A stretch of DNA of 64,000 bases from assembly GCF_058153355.1 (NCBI RefSeq), contig NZ_CM177019.1; one strand, 5' to 3'. A program made the position numbers and the translations under genes. The notes beneath the pieces were generated by a model. It was not told where the DNA came from. It saw nothing but the letters and a program-made list of their open reading frames with translations, and made no database searches. How positions within the stretch are numbered: position 1 is the first letter of the stretch; the number at the start of each line of letters is the position of its first letter. Shown piece after piece: positions 9,472 to 19,658 of this stretch.

Positions 9472-9654
9472 TGCATCAAAAACATTCCTTCAGAAATTTA
9501 GTTACCATTATTACCCGCCTTTTCAATCTTCCTCCCGTGATTTGAGAGTTTCCAATCACGGAAGGAAAGTGTCCATTGTGTAATTAAAAGCGCATCGTCC
9601 ATACAACCTCCTTTTTTGATAACCCTAGCCCCCATTTAACATCCGTCAAAACCA

Positions 9655-9700
9655 CATAAAGTTGTTGACAACAACCAAAACAACAACTAGATTACAACTT
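9655..9700 (+). promoter_or_regulatory. PL-like promoter with overlapping operator palindrome
   Basis: 17-bp palindrome GTTGTTGACAACAAC containing TTGACA, 17 nt spacer, TAGATT; same half-site motif as in the OR-like region. Confidence 0.5.
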
Positions 9701-9803
9701 AAAGATGTTGCAGTAACGAACAGGCAGGACGCCCACGAAGTAGCCGCCGGTGGCGTATGAATGACCGGATGATTCGTTAAATACTATGTGTAAGAGAGCG
9801 CAA

Positions 9804-10006
9804 ATGAACCGTTATTTCACATGCTCGTTTTGTGGCGCAAACGAGCTGCAGGCAAAAAAATCATCGCCAAAGGCGGAAAAGATGAAGTTGCTATCTGCTC
9901 TGAGTGCGTAGTCTTGTGTGTTGGGGCATTAATCAATATCAGCACAACTATTCAGTTCACACCAAATGAGAATGCGCCTTTAGATGCGCGGAAATCTGGA
10001 GGTTAA
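9804..10006 (+). CDS. Small ClpX zinc-binding-domain-like protein; full product needs a -1 shift at the A7 tract 9854-9860 (zero frame stops after 35 codons)
   Basis: Frame 0 gives MNRYFTCSFCGANELQAKK..., the -1 frame continues IIAKGGKDEVAICSECVVLC...; joined product resembles the ClpX N-terminal CSFCGK...YICDECVDLC motif. Confidence 0.4.
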
Positions 10007-10094
10007 AGAACAAAATGAAAGTCCAGATTTTAAACAATAACTGTGAAGTCGTTTGGGCGTAAAACATGACCGCGCGTAGACCAAGGGAGGAAAA

Positions 10095-10272
10095 AGTGGG
10101 AATAGTTAGAAATCAAGCAGATATATTGAAAATCAGCTCTGAATTGCTTGGAGTTTTGAAAAGTGAGCTCACCGCACATGGCATCGAGCCCACTGACGAA
10201 AATTTAAGTTGGGTTTTGTCGATTATTCAACAATCACTCAAGCCCAGCCTCAGCAAACTTTTTATCGAGTAG
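10095..10272 (+). CDS. Hypothetical small protein (58 aa from GTG with GGGAGG RBS; ORF track lists it from an ATG at 10066)
   Basis: ORF only; convergent with and overlapping a minus-strand small ORF. Confidence 0.2.
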
Positions 10273-10425
10273 TGCTTCGAACTTATCGTAAAGCTTGCTT
10301 ATGTCGTCTATCGGGTTTTCTGACGTACTGTAATTTTTATCTGATGTCATGGCAGCAGTCTGATATGCAGTGTGAGTCTTAACCGATAGTTGGAATAAAT
10401 AAAGAATTTTTTCTTCTTTGGTCAT
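10234..10425 (-). CDS. Hypothetical small protein (63 aa from internal ATG with AAGGA RBS)
   Basis: ORF with a good RBS (AAGAAGGAAATAGTT-ATG); no motif recognised. Confidence 0.25.
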   Translation of the reverse strand: MTKEEKILYLFQLSVKTHTAYQTAAMTSDKNYSTSENPIDDISKLYDKFEALLDKKFAEAGLE

Positions 10426-10863
10426 AACTATTTCCTTCTTGGCTATATGAAAACACCAAGATACCACCGAGCCTGAAGTGGTGAAAAGACAGGCACATAA
10501 CAGCTAAGTATTTTCAACCAGAGAGAATCCTTAGCGTTGTGGTGAATGCGGCTCAGCGCACGCGGGTTAAGGTTGAGGTTGACAGTCGACCTTCTGTGGA
10601 TACCCACCCGCCTGGTGTGCAACCTTCGCCAGGCACCGGGAGGCACCCGGCACCACAACTTTATGCTGTGTGTAGTCCTCGCGGTACCAGTTTGTACACT
10701 TGCTTCCGGCTGGTACCGCTCTTTTTACAAAACAGAGAAGGGCATCACCGGACGACGGGCTCATAACCCAATCCATCCGGGCGGCTGCCACCGCAGGTGT
10801 TCTTCTCTGTTTTGTGGAGAAACCAACCGACCTTGCAGGGTCGATATGATGAGGAGCAGCAAA

Positions 10864-11226
10864 ATGGCTAGCGAACGCAGTACTGATGTGCAGGCATTTA
10901 TCGGGGAGCTGGACGGCGGCGTATTTGAAACCAAAATCGGCGCAGTTCTCAGTGAAGTCGCTTCCGGTGTGATGAACACGAAAACCAAAGGTAAGGTCTC
11001 GCTCAACCTGGAAATCGAACCATTTGATGAGAACCGTGTGAAAATCAAACACAAACTCTCATATGTTCGCCCGACTAACCGCGGGAAAATTTCCGAAGAA
11101 GACACCACCGAAACACCGATGTATGTCAATCGCGGTGGTCGCCTGACTATTCTGCAGGAAGACCAGGGACAATTACTGACTCTTGCCGGTGAACCTGACG
11201 GAAAACTACGCGCAGCAGGTCATTAA
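10864..11226 (+). CDS. YfdP-like prophage protein (120 aa)
   Basis: GAGGAG RBS 7 nt upstream of the ATG; synteny with the following yfdQ/yfdR/yfdS-like genes as in K-12 CPS-53. Confidence 0.45.
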   Translation: MASERSTDVQAFIGELDGGVFETKIGAVLSEVASGVMNTKTKGKVSLNLEIEPFDENRVKIKHKLSYVRPTNRGKISEEDTTETPMYVNRGGRLTILQEDQGQLLTLAGEPDGKLRAAGH

Positions 11227-11291
11227 TATCGTTCTTAATTAACTGATTATTTATCTCATCACTGAATATCTTTATATAGTGAGGACTTATT

Positions 11292-12116
11292 ATGTCTCAG
11301 AACTTAGACGCAACCGCAATTAATCAAATCCATGCCCTTATTTCTGCTCAGGGTGTTAATGAAATTATTAGTAAGATTGGTGCCGATGCTGTGGCATTGC
11401 CTGAGAATTTCCGCATTCATGATCTGGAAAAATTTAATTTAAATCGCTTCCGTTTCCGTGGTGCGCTTTCCACTGCCAGCATCGATGACTTTACCCGTTA
11501 TTCTAAAGATCTTGCAGATGAAGGCACCCGCTGCTTTATCGATGCCGATAATATGCGTGCCGTCAGTGTGCTTAACCTGGGTACTATTGATGAACCAGGT
11601 CACGCAGATAACACCGCCACTCTCAAACTGAAAAAGACAGCACCGTTCTCTGCTCTGTTGTCTGTTAATGGCGAGCGTAACTCCCAAAAGTCACTGGCAG
11701 AATGGATTGAAGACTGGGCCGACTACCTTGTGGGCTTTGATGCTAATGGTGACGCCATTCAGGCAACCAAAGCGGCTGCGGCGATCCGTAAAATCACAAT
11801 TGAAGCGAACCAGACCGCTGATTTTGAAGACAATGACTTCAGCGGCAAACGCTCCCTGATGGAGTCTGTCGAAGCGAAGACCAAAGACATTATGCCAGTG
11901 GCATTTGAATTTAAATGCGTTCCGTTTGAAGGCCTGAAAGAACGTCCGTTTAAATTACGCCTCAGCATTATCACTGGCGATCGTCCTGTACTGGTTCTGC
12001 GCATTATTCAGCTGGAAGCGGTGCAGGAAGAAATGGCTAACGAATTTCGTGATCTGCTTGTTGAGAAATTTAAAGACAGCAAAGTAGAAACCTTTATTGG
12101 TACTTTCACCGCCTGA
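11292..12116 (+). CDS. YfdQ-like prophage protein (DUF2303-type, 274 aa)
   Basis: Length and position match remembered CPS-53 yfdQ. Confidence 0.5.
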   Translation: MSQNLDATAINQIHALISAQGVNEIISKIGADAVALPENFRIHDLEKFNLNRFRFRGALSTASIDDFTRYSKDLADEGTRCFIDADNMRAVSVLNLGTIDEPGHADNTATLKLKKTAPFSALLSVNGERNSQKSLAEWIEDWADYLVGFDANGDAIQATKAAAAIRKITIEANQTADFEDNDFSGKRSLMESVEAKTKDIMPVAFEFKCVPFEGLKERPFKLRLSIITGDRPVLVLRIIQLEAVQEEMANEFRDLLVEKFKDSKVETFIGTFTA

Positions 12117-12243
12117 TTTCATTACTGCAAATGCCCCTGCGGGGGCATTTATGGAAACATAATTTACTCAATAATCGCCGGATGGTGAGGGCTTCCTTTT
12201 ACCAGAATTCAGCGCGGTGCAGCGCATATACGTGGAGAACAAA

Positions 12244-12780
12244 ATGTCATTTATTAAAACTTTTTCCGGGAAGCATTTTTATTATGACAAGATAAATAAA
12301 GACGACATCGTTATTAACGATATCGCGGTTTCCCTTTCAAATATCTGTCGCTTTGCAGGGCATCTTTCACACTTCTACAGCGTCGCCCAACATGCGGTGC
12401 TTTGCAGCCAGCTGGTACCGCAGGAATTTGCTTTTGAAGCGTTAATGCATGATGCAACAGAAGCATATTGCCAGGACATCCCCGCACCACTGAAACGACT
12501 TCTTCCTGACTATAAACGGATGGAAGAAAAAATAGACGCCGCAATCCGTGAGAAATACGGGTTACCCCCAGTTGTGAGTACGCCCGTGAAATATGCCGAT
12601 CTCATCATGCTGGCAACCGAACGCCGCGATCTCGGGCTTGATGATGGCTCTTTCTGGCCTGTACTGGAAGGCATCCCGGCAACAGAGATGTTCAACGTGA
12701 TTCCACTGGCACCGGGTCATGCCTACGGGATGTTTATGGAACGTTTTAACGATTTATCGGAGTTACGCAAATGCGCATGA
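12244..12780 (+). CDS. HD-domain phosphohydrolase (YfdR-like 5'-deoxynucleotidase)
   Basis: LMHDATEAY HD motif; 178 aa from the MSFIKTF start. Confidence 0.65.
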   Translation: MSFIKTFSGKHFYYDKINKDDIVINDIAVSLSNICRFAGHLSHFYSVAQHAVLCSQLVPQEFAFEALMHDATEAYCQDIPAPLKRLLPDYKRMEEKIDAAIREKYGLPPVVSTPVKYADLIMLATERRDLGLDDGSFWPVLEGIPATEMFNVIPLAPGHAYGMFMERFNDLSELRKCA

Positions 12781-13133
12781 ATGTTTTCGAAATGGAAGGG
12801 TTTCTTCGCGGGAAATGTGTACCGCGAGATCTGAAAGTGAACGAAACAAATGCTGAGTACCTGGTACGTAAATTCGACGCGCTTGAAGCTAAATGTGCGG
12901 CACTGGAAAACAAAATAATACCAGTGTCAGCTGAACTGCCACCAGCAAATGAAAGTGTTCTGTTATTTGATGCTAATGGAGAAGGCTGGCTGATTGGCTG
13001 GCGTTCTCTCTGGTACACCTGGGGACAAAAAGAAACCGGAGAATGGCAGTGGACATTTCAGGTCGGGGACCTTGAAAACGTCAATATCACTCACTGGGCA
13101 GTAATGCCAAAAGCACCGGAGGCTGGAGCATAA
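12771..13133 (+). CDS. YfdS-like prophage protein (DUF551-type)
   Basis: 120-aa ORF overlapping the upstream gene end; Trp-rich C-terminus. Confidence 0.4.
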   Translation: MRMNVFEMEGFLRGKCVPRDLKVNETNAEYLVRKFDALEAKCAALENKIIPVSAELPPANESVLLFDANGEGWLIGWRSLWYTWGQKETGEWQWTFQVGDLENVNITHWAVMPKAPEAGA

Positions 13134-13912
13134 TGACCACATTTACCAATAAAGAACTGATTAAAGAAATCAAAGAACGAATCAGCAGCCTAGAGGTTCG
13201 AGACGATATTGAGCGCCGTGCTTATGAAATTGCTCTGGCATCGCTAGAAGAGGAGCCGGTGGCATGGCTGCATTCAGAAAATGGCTTAGGTATTCCGGCA
13301 ATAACGAGGTGTAAAAACATTGCTGACAGTTGGTTATCAAAGGGCTGGTATGTTCAGCCGCTATATATAGCCAAGCCAGTGCCGGTAGTGCCAGATGCTC
13401 GTCCGTCTTTAAATAATGGCATAGTCGGTTTTGATGAAGGCTGGAACGCCTGCCGCGCCGCCATGCTTCATGGTGCCGAACCTGTAAACCAAACTTACAA
13501 GTCACCACACACGCAGTTTGAACAAGTTGCTGACCTCTACGAAATGCAATTTGATGACGGTCGCACTTGTGCCTTTCACACTGATGCGCAAAAGGCTGCG
13601 CAATGGCTTCAGGTGTGCGACGGAAACAGGGTTCAGGAATACGTTAAGCTGGAACGGCTGCAGAACGCGCTGTCTGGCAACTCTCCGGTAAGTCCGGGTG
13701 GTTGGATAAGCTGTAGTGAGCGAATGCCGAATGATAAACAGTATGTTTGGTGTTGGGGGAAGTCTTACGGCTGGACTGAGTGCGATACCTTCGAAGGGTA
13801 TTATGATTGGTCGAGAAACAAATGGTGGGCAGTTACTGACAATGAGGAAGAACAGGCATCGAAAGTAACCCACTGGATGCCACTACCGGAGCCGCCGCAG
13901 GAGGTGAAGTAA
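13133..13912 (+). CDS. Hypothetical prophage protein (259 aa, DUF551-like C-terminal region)
   Basis: Coupled ORF (start overlaps upstream stop). Confidence 0.35.
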   Translation: MTTFTNKELIKEIKERISSLEVRDDIERRAYEIALASLEEEPVAWLHSENGLGIPAITRCKNIADSWLSKGWYVQPLYIAKPVPVVPDARPSLNNGIVGFDEGWNACRAAMLHGAEPVNQTYKSPHTQFEQVADLYEMQFDDGRTCAFHTDAQKAAQWLQVCDGNRVQEYVKLERLQNALSGNSPVSPGGWISCSERMPNDKQYVWCWGKSYGWTECDTFEGYYDWSRNKWWAVTDNEEEQASKVTHWMPLPEPPQEVK

Positions 13913-14106
13913 TGAACAACTTAATGACAACTAAACAAGTCGCCGATTTCTGTGGTGTTTCAGTATCGACAGTTCTTCGCTGGAACAGCGTAAACAGGAG
14001 AACTGGTCAGAAATATAGGCCTGACTTTCCAGATCCTGATATTAAATCCTGCCCAAATAAATGGGCATCACACAAGATTTACAGATTTGCGGGAGTGATT
14101 GAGTAA
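13912..14106 (+). CDS. Excisionase / AlpA-family HTH protein
   Basis: 64-aa ORF with KQVADFCGVSVSTVLRW HTH; position next to integrase. Confidence 0.5.
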   Translation: MNNLMTTKQVADFCGVSVSTVLRWNSVNRRTGQKYRPDFPDPDIKSCPNKWASHKIYRFAGVIE

Positions 14107-14388
14107 TATGTATTAGCTTAGATGTGAGCTGACACATCTATGCTTAGATGCCAAACCTAATCTGAGCGTCCACTCTTTACCAAGAGCGGACGTTACCAAT
14201 GACCATATGACATGAATCGATAAGATCAAAACATTATCACCAAGAAATGTCATACCATTGATACAAATAAAATTGATTACCCCCTTACTCTTGTTGAAAA
14301 GTTAGTCGTAGAGTACCTATCGCAATGTAATCAGCTTTAATCATCTTAAAATTACTCCTTAAAAATTAGCTTTTATATACTGAACAAA

Positions 14389-15108
14389 TTAAATCTCTGT
14401 TTCTTTTCCTGCTCGGCTCAACCAATACTCCATTGTTTGAGTATGAATCTTTTCAGCGTATATTTTATCAATTAATTTATCTTGTTTTTCTTTAATGACT
14501 TCACGCAGTGAATCATATAACATAAAAAAACGTTCATCATCTTCCTCATTATTACCGTAATTTATTTGATTGAGCTCTGAAAAAATATGATAGTACCTTT
14601 TCTTCTTGGTCCCCGGCAATATTAAAACCAAGCCACATTGATCATATTCGAATTCACCTTTATGGGCAGCAAAGTTATGTCTAACATTCATAATAGAATC
14701 ATGTAAATCTCTGTATTTTTCTGGCACATGCTTTCTCTGCAATGTGAATCGACGCCCTTTCGCCTCTGTAAAACACTTACCGTAAGTAACAACTTTTGAT
14801 ATAAATAAAGACTTTAATATTAGATTCTTTTCTAAATCCGGATAAATAAAGTGTTGTTCTTTATTAATGTTATTACAAATGTTTTTTATTATATTCTCCC
14901 AACCAATAACATTCCGAAGATCTTTATCAAGCAACTGTAAGGCCACATATTGTTCTACAAAGCGGCCTTTTAAAGGTATTCGTGGTAATATTACACCTTT
15001 CTGCTTATAAATTCTTTCTATCGTATTATCTGGATATTGGATCTTCCTTATTTCTATTCCGTCTTCTTCTGATACCCTTACTAATGGTTCATTTTTTAAC
15101 TTTGACAT
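14389..15108 (-). CDS. AT-rich orphan gene between xis and int (239 aa, no recognisable domain)
   Basis: Clean ORF in a low-GC segment flanked by AT-rich non-coding DNA. Confidence 0.5.
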   Translation of the reverse strand: MSKLKNEPLVRVSEEDGIEIRKIQYPDNTIERIYKQKGVILPRIPLKGRFVEQYVALQLLDKDLRNVIGWENIIKNICNNINKEQHFIYPDLEKNLILKSLFISKVVTYGKCFTEAKGRRFTLQRKHVPEKYRDLHDSIMNVRHNFAAHKGEFEYDQCGLVLILPGTKKKRYYHIFSELNQINYGNNEEDDERFFMLYDSLREVIKEKQDKLIDKIYAEKIHTQTMEYWLSRAGKETEI

Positions 15109-15394
15109 GTTAACCCTCTTAAATAAAAAACTAACTTTATCCAGATAGTGTCCGTTAAGAAGTTTTCGTTACAACTAAGTTTCTAGGTAAATCATGAATC
15201 GACCTATAGTATCAAAAACATTTGGTGGTAAACATCTGCATTTATCAAATGGCAGGAGCGATTTAGGGGCATAGGGATAGTGATGATATCGATACTCGCC
15301 CCCCTCTTATGTCAACACAATGGCGTAAACTTAACGCTCACATCTCGCTCAAAGTGTGCTAGGAGATTTGGTTATGTTCAGGTGATACAAACCG

Positions 15395-16618
15395 TCAGTT
15401 TGAATCAGAGATAGTACAATTAACAATCGATTCAACCCTCTTCCACCATGCCAGGTAAGCTTTACGCTGTTCTTCTAGATAATCGCTCTTATCATAAACT
15501 TGCCATACCCCTGGCAGCTTATGACCAAGCATAATTTCTGCGATATGAGGCGCAGTAAGATCAGAAAAATTTGTTCGAGCTGTACGTCTCAAGTCATGAA
15601 GAGACCAATGAGGGAATTGATATCCTAAACACCGCCATGCGTACTGCATTAAATTGTAAGGCAGCGACTGCAATGATGTCCGACCAACGGGTTCCCTGCT
15701 TCCTTCCTTAGTAAAAAGCATATCGGAACCATTGTTCATAGAGATAGCGTACTTTATAAGCTCTTCAACCGGTTCAATAATGGGCCGCTTTAGCGGTTCG
15801 CCTGTTATCTCCCCTGTCTTATGTCGTTCTGGTGGTACAGTCCATACTTTATTAATGAAATCAAAATCGTCCACCCGGGCGGTAATTAGCTCTGAACTAC
15901 GGCAACCAAAATGCAGCAATAGTTTAATGAAGGCCCGGTATTTAGGAACCATTCGAGAACCATCGATCGCAGCATAAAGGATTTTAATTTCATCATGTGT
16001 CAGAAACCGTTTCTTCTGACCTTTACGGATATCCATATCTTTACCCGTGATATCCGACAGCGGGCGAGTTTCAATGAGCTTTCTCTTATACGCCCAGACA
16101 TGGGCCTGCTTTGCGTTAATTAGCAATCGGTCTGCTATTGCTGGAGTCTTAGTGCTAAGAGGCTCCAGGACTTCTAACCAATCATGCAATGTAGCTGCAT
16201 CGTGAGGGATATTCCCGATTTTAGAGAACAGGTGCAGCTCAAACGAGCGAAGTATCTGTTCAGAACCTTTTTTATTTTTTACACAATATGCTTCATACCA
16301 AGCACGGATCACAGACTCTACCGTCATGGCTTCAGTAGCTTTTCGTTTTTCAGCCTGCTTGACCAATCGTGGATTACGGTTTGACTCGAGTTCACCACGA
16401 AGACGGATAACTTCTTCTCTGGCCTCTTTTAATCCAGTTGCCGGGTAAGTTCCGATATCAAGACGCTCACCTTTCCCTGCCCATTGATAACGATATTGGA
16501 ACACTACGCGACCTTTCGGTGATACTCTGACAGACAGACCATCACGATCGGATTTAACCAAAACCTTATCACGTTCCTTTCCAACGACTGAACGCAACCA
16601 CGCATCAGACAGCGCCAT
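15395..16618 (-). CDS. Tyrosine-type site-specific integrase (P4-like family)
   Basis: 407-aa ORF with HDLRRTARTN and LGH...Y catalytic-region motifs and an arm-binding-type N-terminus. Confidence 0.85.
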   Translation of the reverse strand: MALSDAWLRSVVGKERDKVLVKSDRDGLSVRVSPKGRVVFQYRYQWAGKGERLDIGTYPATGLKEAREEVIRLRGELESNRNPRLVKQAEKRKATEAMTVESVIRAWYEAYCVKNKKGSEQILRSFELHLFSKIGNIPHDAATLHDWLEVLEPLSTKTPAIADRLLINAKQAHVWAYKRKLIETRPLSDITGKDMDIRKGQKKRFLTHDEIKILYAAIDGSRMVPKYRAFIKLLLHFGCRSSELITARVDDFDFINKVWTVPPERHKTGEITGEPLKRPIIEPVEELIKYAISMNNGSDMLFTKEGSREPVGRTSLQSLPYNLMQYAWRCLGYQFPHWSLHDLRRTARTNFSDLTAPHIAEIMLGHKLPGVWQVYDKSDYLEEQRKAYLAWWKRVESIVNCTISDSN

Positions 16619-17003
16619 TACTCACCTTGTACAAATCGCAAAACACCTCTGCTGTTTTGTACATTATGTACAAGCATATGTACAGATTTTTGATGAAAGC
16701 AAGCTGATCGATTTAAAGTTACATGAAAGAGTTTTCAATTAAAGAAGCTACATAAGCAAATGTATTTAAATGAGTTATATAGCTCAACTTCAATTAACTG
16801 AAAGGATTTTGAAAGAGTAAAAGAGCTTTAATTTGGACTTAATTATTGGGGTGAGAAATAATGGCAAAAGTGCGGCGCTTCGCCACCTCTTGCAAATAAG
16901 GAGACAACGTCATAATTCTTTCTTCTTGAGTAAGCGGCATCGCGCCGCGCTTGTTGAAAACGAAAAATTGCGGCTATTTTACCCATCAACGGGGGGGAGG
17001 CAA

Positions 17004-17681
17004 TCAGTGTTTACACAGGAGCTGCTCCAGTTCGTGCAACGAAGAAACGGTCCAGGTAGGCGCGATGCCTTCTGGTTGCTCGCGATTGTGCGCATTCAGC
17101 CAGCAGGTCGCAAGCCCGGCGTTGATGCCACCGAGAATATCGGACTCGGCAGTGTCGCCAACCATCAGCACGCGTGAACGGTCAGGATTGCCCGCCTGTT
17201 CCAGCGCATAATCGAAAATTTTCTTATTCGGTTTGGCTACGCCAACTTCTTCGGAAATCACCAACAAATCGAAATAATCACGCAGGCCCGTGCGTTCCAG
17301 ACGCACTTGCTGCAAGGCGCTAAAGCCGTTGGTGATGATGCCGATTTTGGCGTTGCCGCGAATGGCATTAAGCAGGGAAACCGCGCCCGGCAGCGGTGTG
17401 CAAATTTCCGCCATCGCATTAATGAAGGCCTCGTTGAGTTTACCTGGCTCGACGTTCAGCCGTTCGGCCCAGCTCTCAAAACGCCCGTGCTGAAGCTGTA
17501 ATGAAGTGATCGCACCGTTTTGATAATCTACCCACAGGGGCTTGTTAACGGCCTGATAGTCCTGAAAATCTTCAGCGGTAAAAGTGACGCTGTAATCAAG
17601 AAACATCCGCTGCAGGCCGGTGAATGAGTCAAAGGTAAACAGCGTTTCATCGGCATCAAAGAAAATCCAGTCCCACTTCAT
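17004..17681 (-). CDS. yjjG: Pyrimidine 5'-nucleotidase YjjG (HAD family)
   Basis: 225-aa [21 protein letters not shown] motif; synteny with rimI-holD-rsmC. Confidence 0.85.
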   Translation of the reverse strand: MKWDWIFFDADETLFTFDSFTGLQRMFLDYSVTFTAEDFQDYQAVNKPLWVDYQNGAITSLQLQHGRFESWAERLNVEPGKLNEAFINAMAEICTPLPGAVSLLNAIRGNAKIGIITNGFSALQQVRLERTGLRDYFDLLVISEEVGVAKPNKKIFDYALEQAGNPDRSRVLMVGDTAESDILGGINAGLATCWLNAHNREQPEGIAPTWTVSSLHELEQLLCKH

Positions 17682-17695
17682 TATTCCACCTTGTC

Positions 17696-18142
17696 TTACA
17701 TACTGATTGGCAACGCCATGATGATGGCGTCTTCGCGACCGTCCTTGGTGGGGTAGTAATTGCGGCGAATCGTCGCCTCGTTAAAGCCTAAACTTTCGTA
17801 CAGGGCAATGGCGGCAGCGTTTGAGGCACGGACTTCCAGCCATAGCGTCGCCACGCCGCGTTTTTCCAGTTCGTCGATCAGATGTTCCAGCAGCGCCCTT
17901 CCCAGTCCCTGACGCTGATAGTCAGGATCGACCGCAATATTGAACAATGTAGCTTCATCCAGCACCACTTGCGTAATCGCAAACGCCGCCATTTTGCCGT
18001 TTTGCGTTAACTGAAAGTTGAGATAACGCTCGCCCTGATTACTGGCAAAGGTTTTTTCACTCCACGGAAAGGCGTGGGCGCGTTGTTCAATGTGGAAAGC
18101 CGTTGGTAAATCAGTCGTTTCGAGGGAAGAAATCGTGTTCAT
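17696..18142 (-). CDS. rimI: Ribosomal protein S18 alanine N-acetyltransferase
   Basis: 148-aa GNAT ORF; synteny. Confidence 0.85.
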   Translation of the reverse strand: MNTISSLETTDLPTAFHIEQRAHAFPWSEKTFASNQGERYLNFQLTQNGKMAAFAITQVVLDEATLFNIAVDPDYQRQGLGRALLEHLIDELEKRGVATLWLEVRASNAAAIALYESLGFNEATIRRNYYPTKDGREDAIIMALPISM

Positions 18143-18524
18143 ATGTGCAAATTTGTTGCCATAACGCGGCGCGTGCCGTTGGGTTTGCCCGTAATTCGGT
18201 GAGCGCCGGTGATGCCACCTGAGCGCCTTCCAGTGATAGCGGTTCGTCAGTACCCAACCGCCAGCTGTTGCAGCGACTGCCTTGCGGCAGCATCGCGATT
18301 TTTTCTGGCGTCAGTTGCAGCACTTGATCGGGGCTGACGGTTAATGCACGCAGAACATCGCTCACCAGAGGATCGGTCAGGGCGGGAAGATCGTTTGCCA
18401 CCATCACCAGACGGACGTGTGCCGGGATCGCAATGGCAATCTCCCCCTGCAACGCGCCAGGGCGACGCAGCGACCACTGGGTAATGCCCAGTTGCTGTAA
18501 CTGCCAGTCTCGTCGGGATGTCAT
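18111..18524 (-). CDS. holD: DNA polymerase III psi subunit
   Basis: 137-aa ORF overlapping the rimI start; synteny. Confidence 0.8.
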   Translation of the reverse strand: MTSRRDWQLQQLGITQWSLRRPGALQGEIAIAIPAHVRLVMVANDLPALTDPLVSDVLRALTVSPDQVLQLTPEKIAMLPQGSRCNSWRLGTDEPLSLEGAQVASPALTELRANPTARAALWQQICTYEHDFFPRND

Positions 18525-18626
18525 AGCGAATCGCTCCTGTTGTCAGGGGCGCAAATATAGCAAATTCGTCGATACCGCGCCAACATATGGCTATAATCGC
18601 CGCCAGTATCAATTGAGGAGCATTCC

Positions 18627-19658
18627 ATGTCTGCATTTACCCCGGCAAGTGAAGTCTTGCTGCGTCACAGTGATGATTTCGAACAAAGCCGTATTCTTTT
18701 TGCCGGAGACTTACAGGATGACCTGCCCGCGCGTTTAGATACCGCGGCCAGCCGTGCTCATACCCAGCAGTTCCACCACTGGCAGGTATTAAGCCGCCAA
18801 ATGGGTGATAACGCCCGTTTTAGTCTGGTCGCCACGGCGGATGACGTCGCAGATTGCGATACGCTGATTTACTACTGGCCGAAGAACAAACCGGAAGCCC
18901 AGTTTCAGTTGATGAATTTACTTTCTCTGCTGCCGGTGGGAACGGATATTTTTGTCGTTGGCGAGAACCGAAGCGGCGTGCGCAGCGCCGAGCAGATGCT
19001 GGCAGATTATGCACCGTTGAATAAGGTGGACAGCGCCCGTCGCTGTGGCCTCTATTTTGGTCGTCTGGAAAAACAGCCGGTATTTGATGCCGATAAATTC
19101 TGGGGCGAATACAGCGTCGATGGCCTGACGGTCAAAACGTTGCCGGGCGTGTTTAGCCGCGACGGTCTGGATGTCGGTAGCCAGTTGCTGCTTTCGACGT
19201 TAACCCCGCACACGAAAGGTAAAGTGCTGGATGTCGGCTGCGGTGCAGGCGTTCTTTCAGTTGCCTTTGCACGCCACTCACCGAAGATTCGTCTCACGTT
19301 GTGCGATGTTTCTGCGCCAGCAGTTGAAGCCAGCCGTGCAACACTTGCGGCCAACGGTATTGAAGGTGAAGTCTTTGCCAGCAACGTCTTTTCTGAGGTG
19401 AAAGGTCGTTTTGATATGATCATCTCCAATCCGCCGTTCCACGATGGGATGCAAACCAGTCTGGATGCAGCACAAACGCTGATTCGCGGCGCGGTGCGTC
19501 ATCTTAACAGCGGCGGCGAGCTGCGAATTGTAGCGAACGCCTTCCTGCCTTACCCGGACGTGCTGGATGAGACATTTGGCTTCCACGAAGTGATCGCGCA
19601 AACCGGGCGCTTCAAGGTGTATCGCGCCATTATGACCCGCCAGGCGAAGAAAGGTTAA
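18627..19658 (+). CDS. rsmC: 16S rRNA m2G1207 methyltransferase
   Basis: 343-aa ORF with SAM-binding [11 protein letters not shown] and NPPFH motifs. Confidence 0.85.
   Translation: MSAFTPASEVLLRHSDDFEQSRILFAGDLQDDLPARLDTAASRAHTQQFHHWQVLSRQMGDNARFSLVATADDVADCDTLIYYWPKNKPEAQFQLMNLLSLLPVGTDIFVVGENRSGVRSAEQMLADYAPLNKVDSARRCGLYFGRLEKQPVFDADKFWGEYSVDGLTVKTLPGVFSRDGLDVGSQLLLSTLTPHTKGKVLDVGCGAGVLSVAFARHSPKIRLTLCDVSAPAVEASRATLAANGIEGEVFASNVFSEVKGRFDMIISNPPFHDGMQTSLDAAQTLIRGAVRHLNSGGELRIVANAFLPYPDVLDETFGFHEVIAQTGRFKVYRAIMTRQAKKG

Larger units (their letters stand above)
1..16700. mobile_element. Lambdoid prophage, integrase-proximal portion (continues beyond window start); order on minus strand: lysis - late MTase - tR' - Q - nin region - replication - cro-like; plus strand: cI-like - early operon - xis; int at right end
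   Basis: Gene content and order: lambda R-like endolysin, holin, Q antiterminator, RusA, O-like replication gene with iterons, cI/cro-like divergent pair, excisionase, tyrosine integrase; right boundary is approximate, just before yjjG. Confidence 0.8.

Noticed and set aside
9527-9566. Imperfect 14-bp inverted repeat downstream of the cI-like gene as a terminator
   Set aside because: No U-tract follows on either strand; function uncertain, so not called as a terminator
10546-11226. 226-aa ORF extending the yfdP-like gene upstream to 10546
   Set aside because: The N-terminal ~105 codons lie in the GC-rich segment and translate to an Arg/Cys/Pro-rich non-protein-like sequence; a GAGGAG RBS precedes the ATG at 10864, which gives the expected 120-aa product
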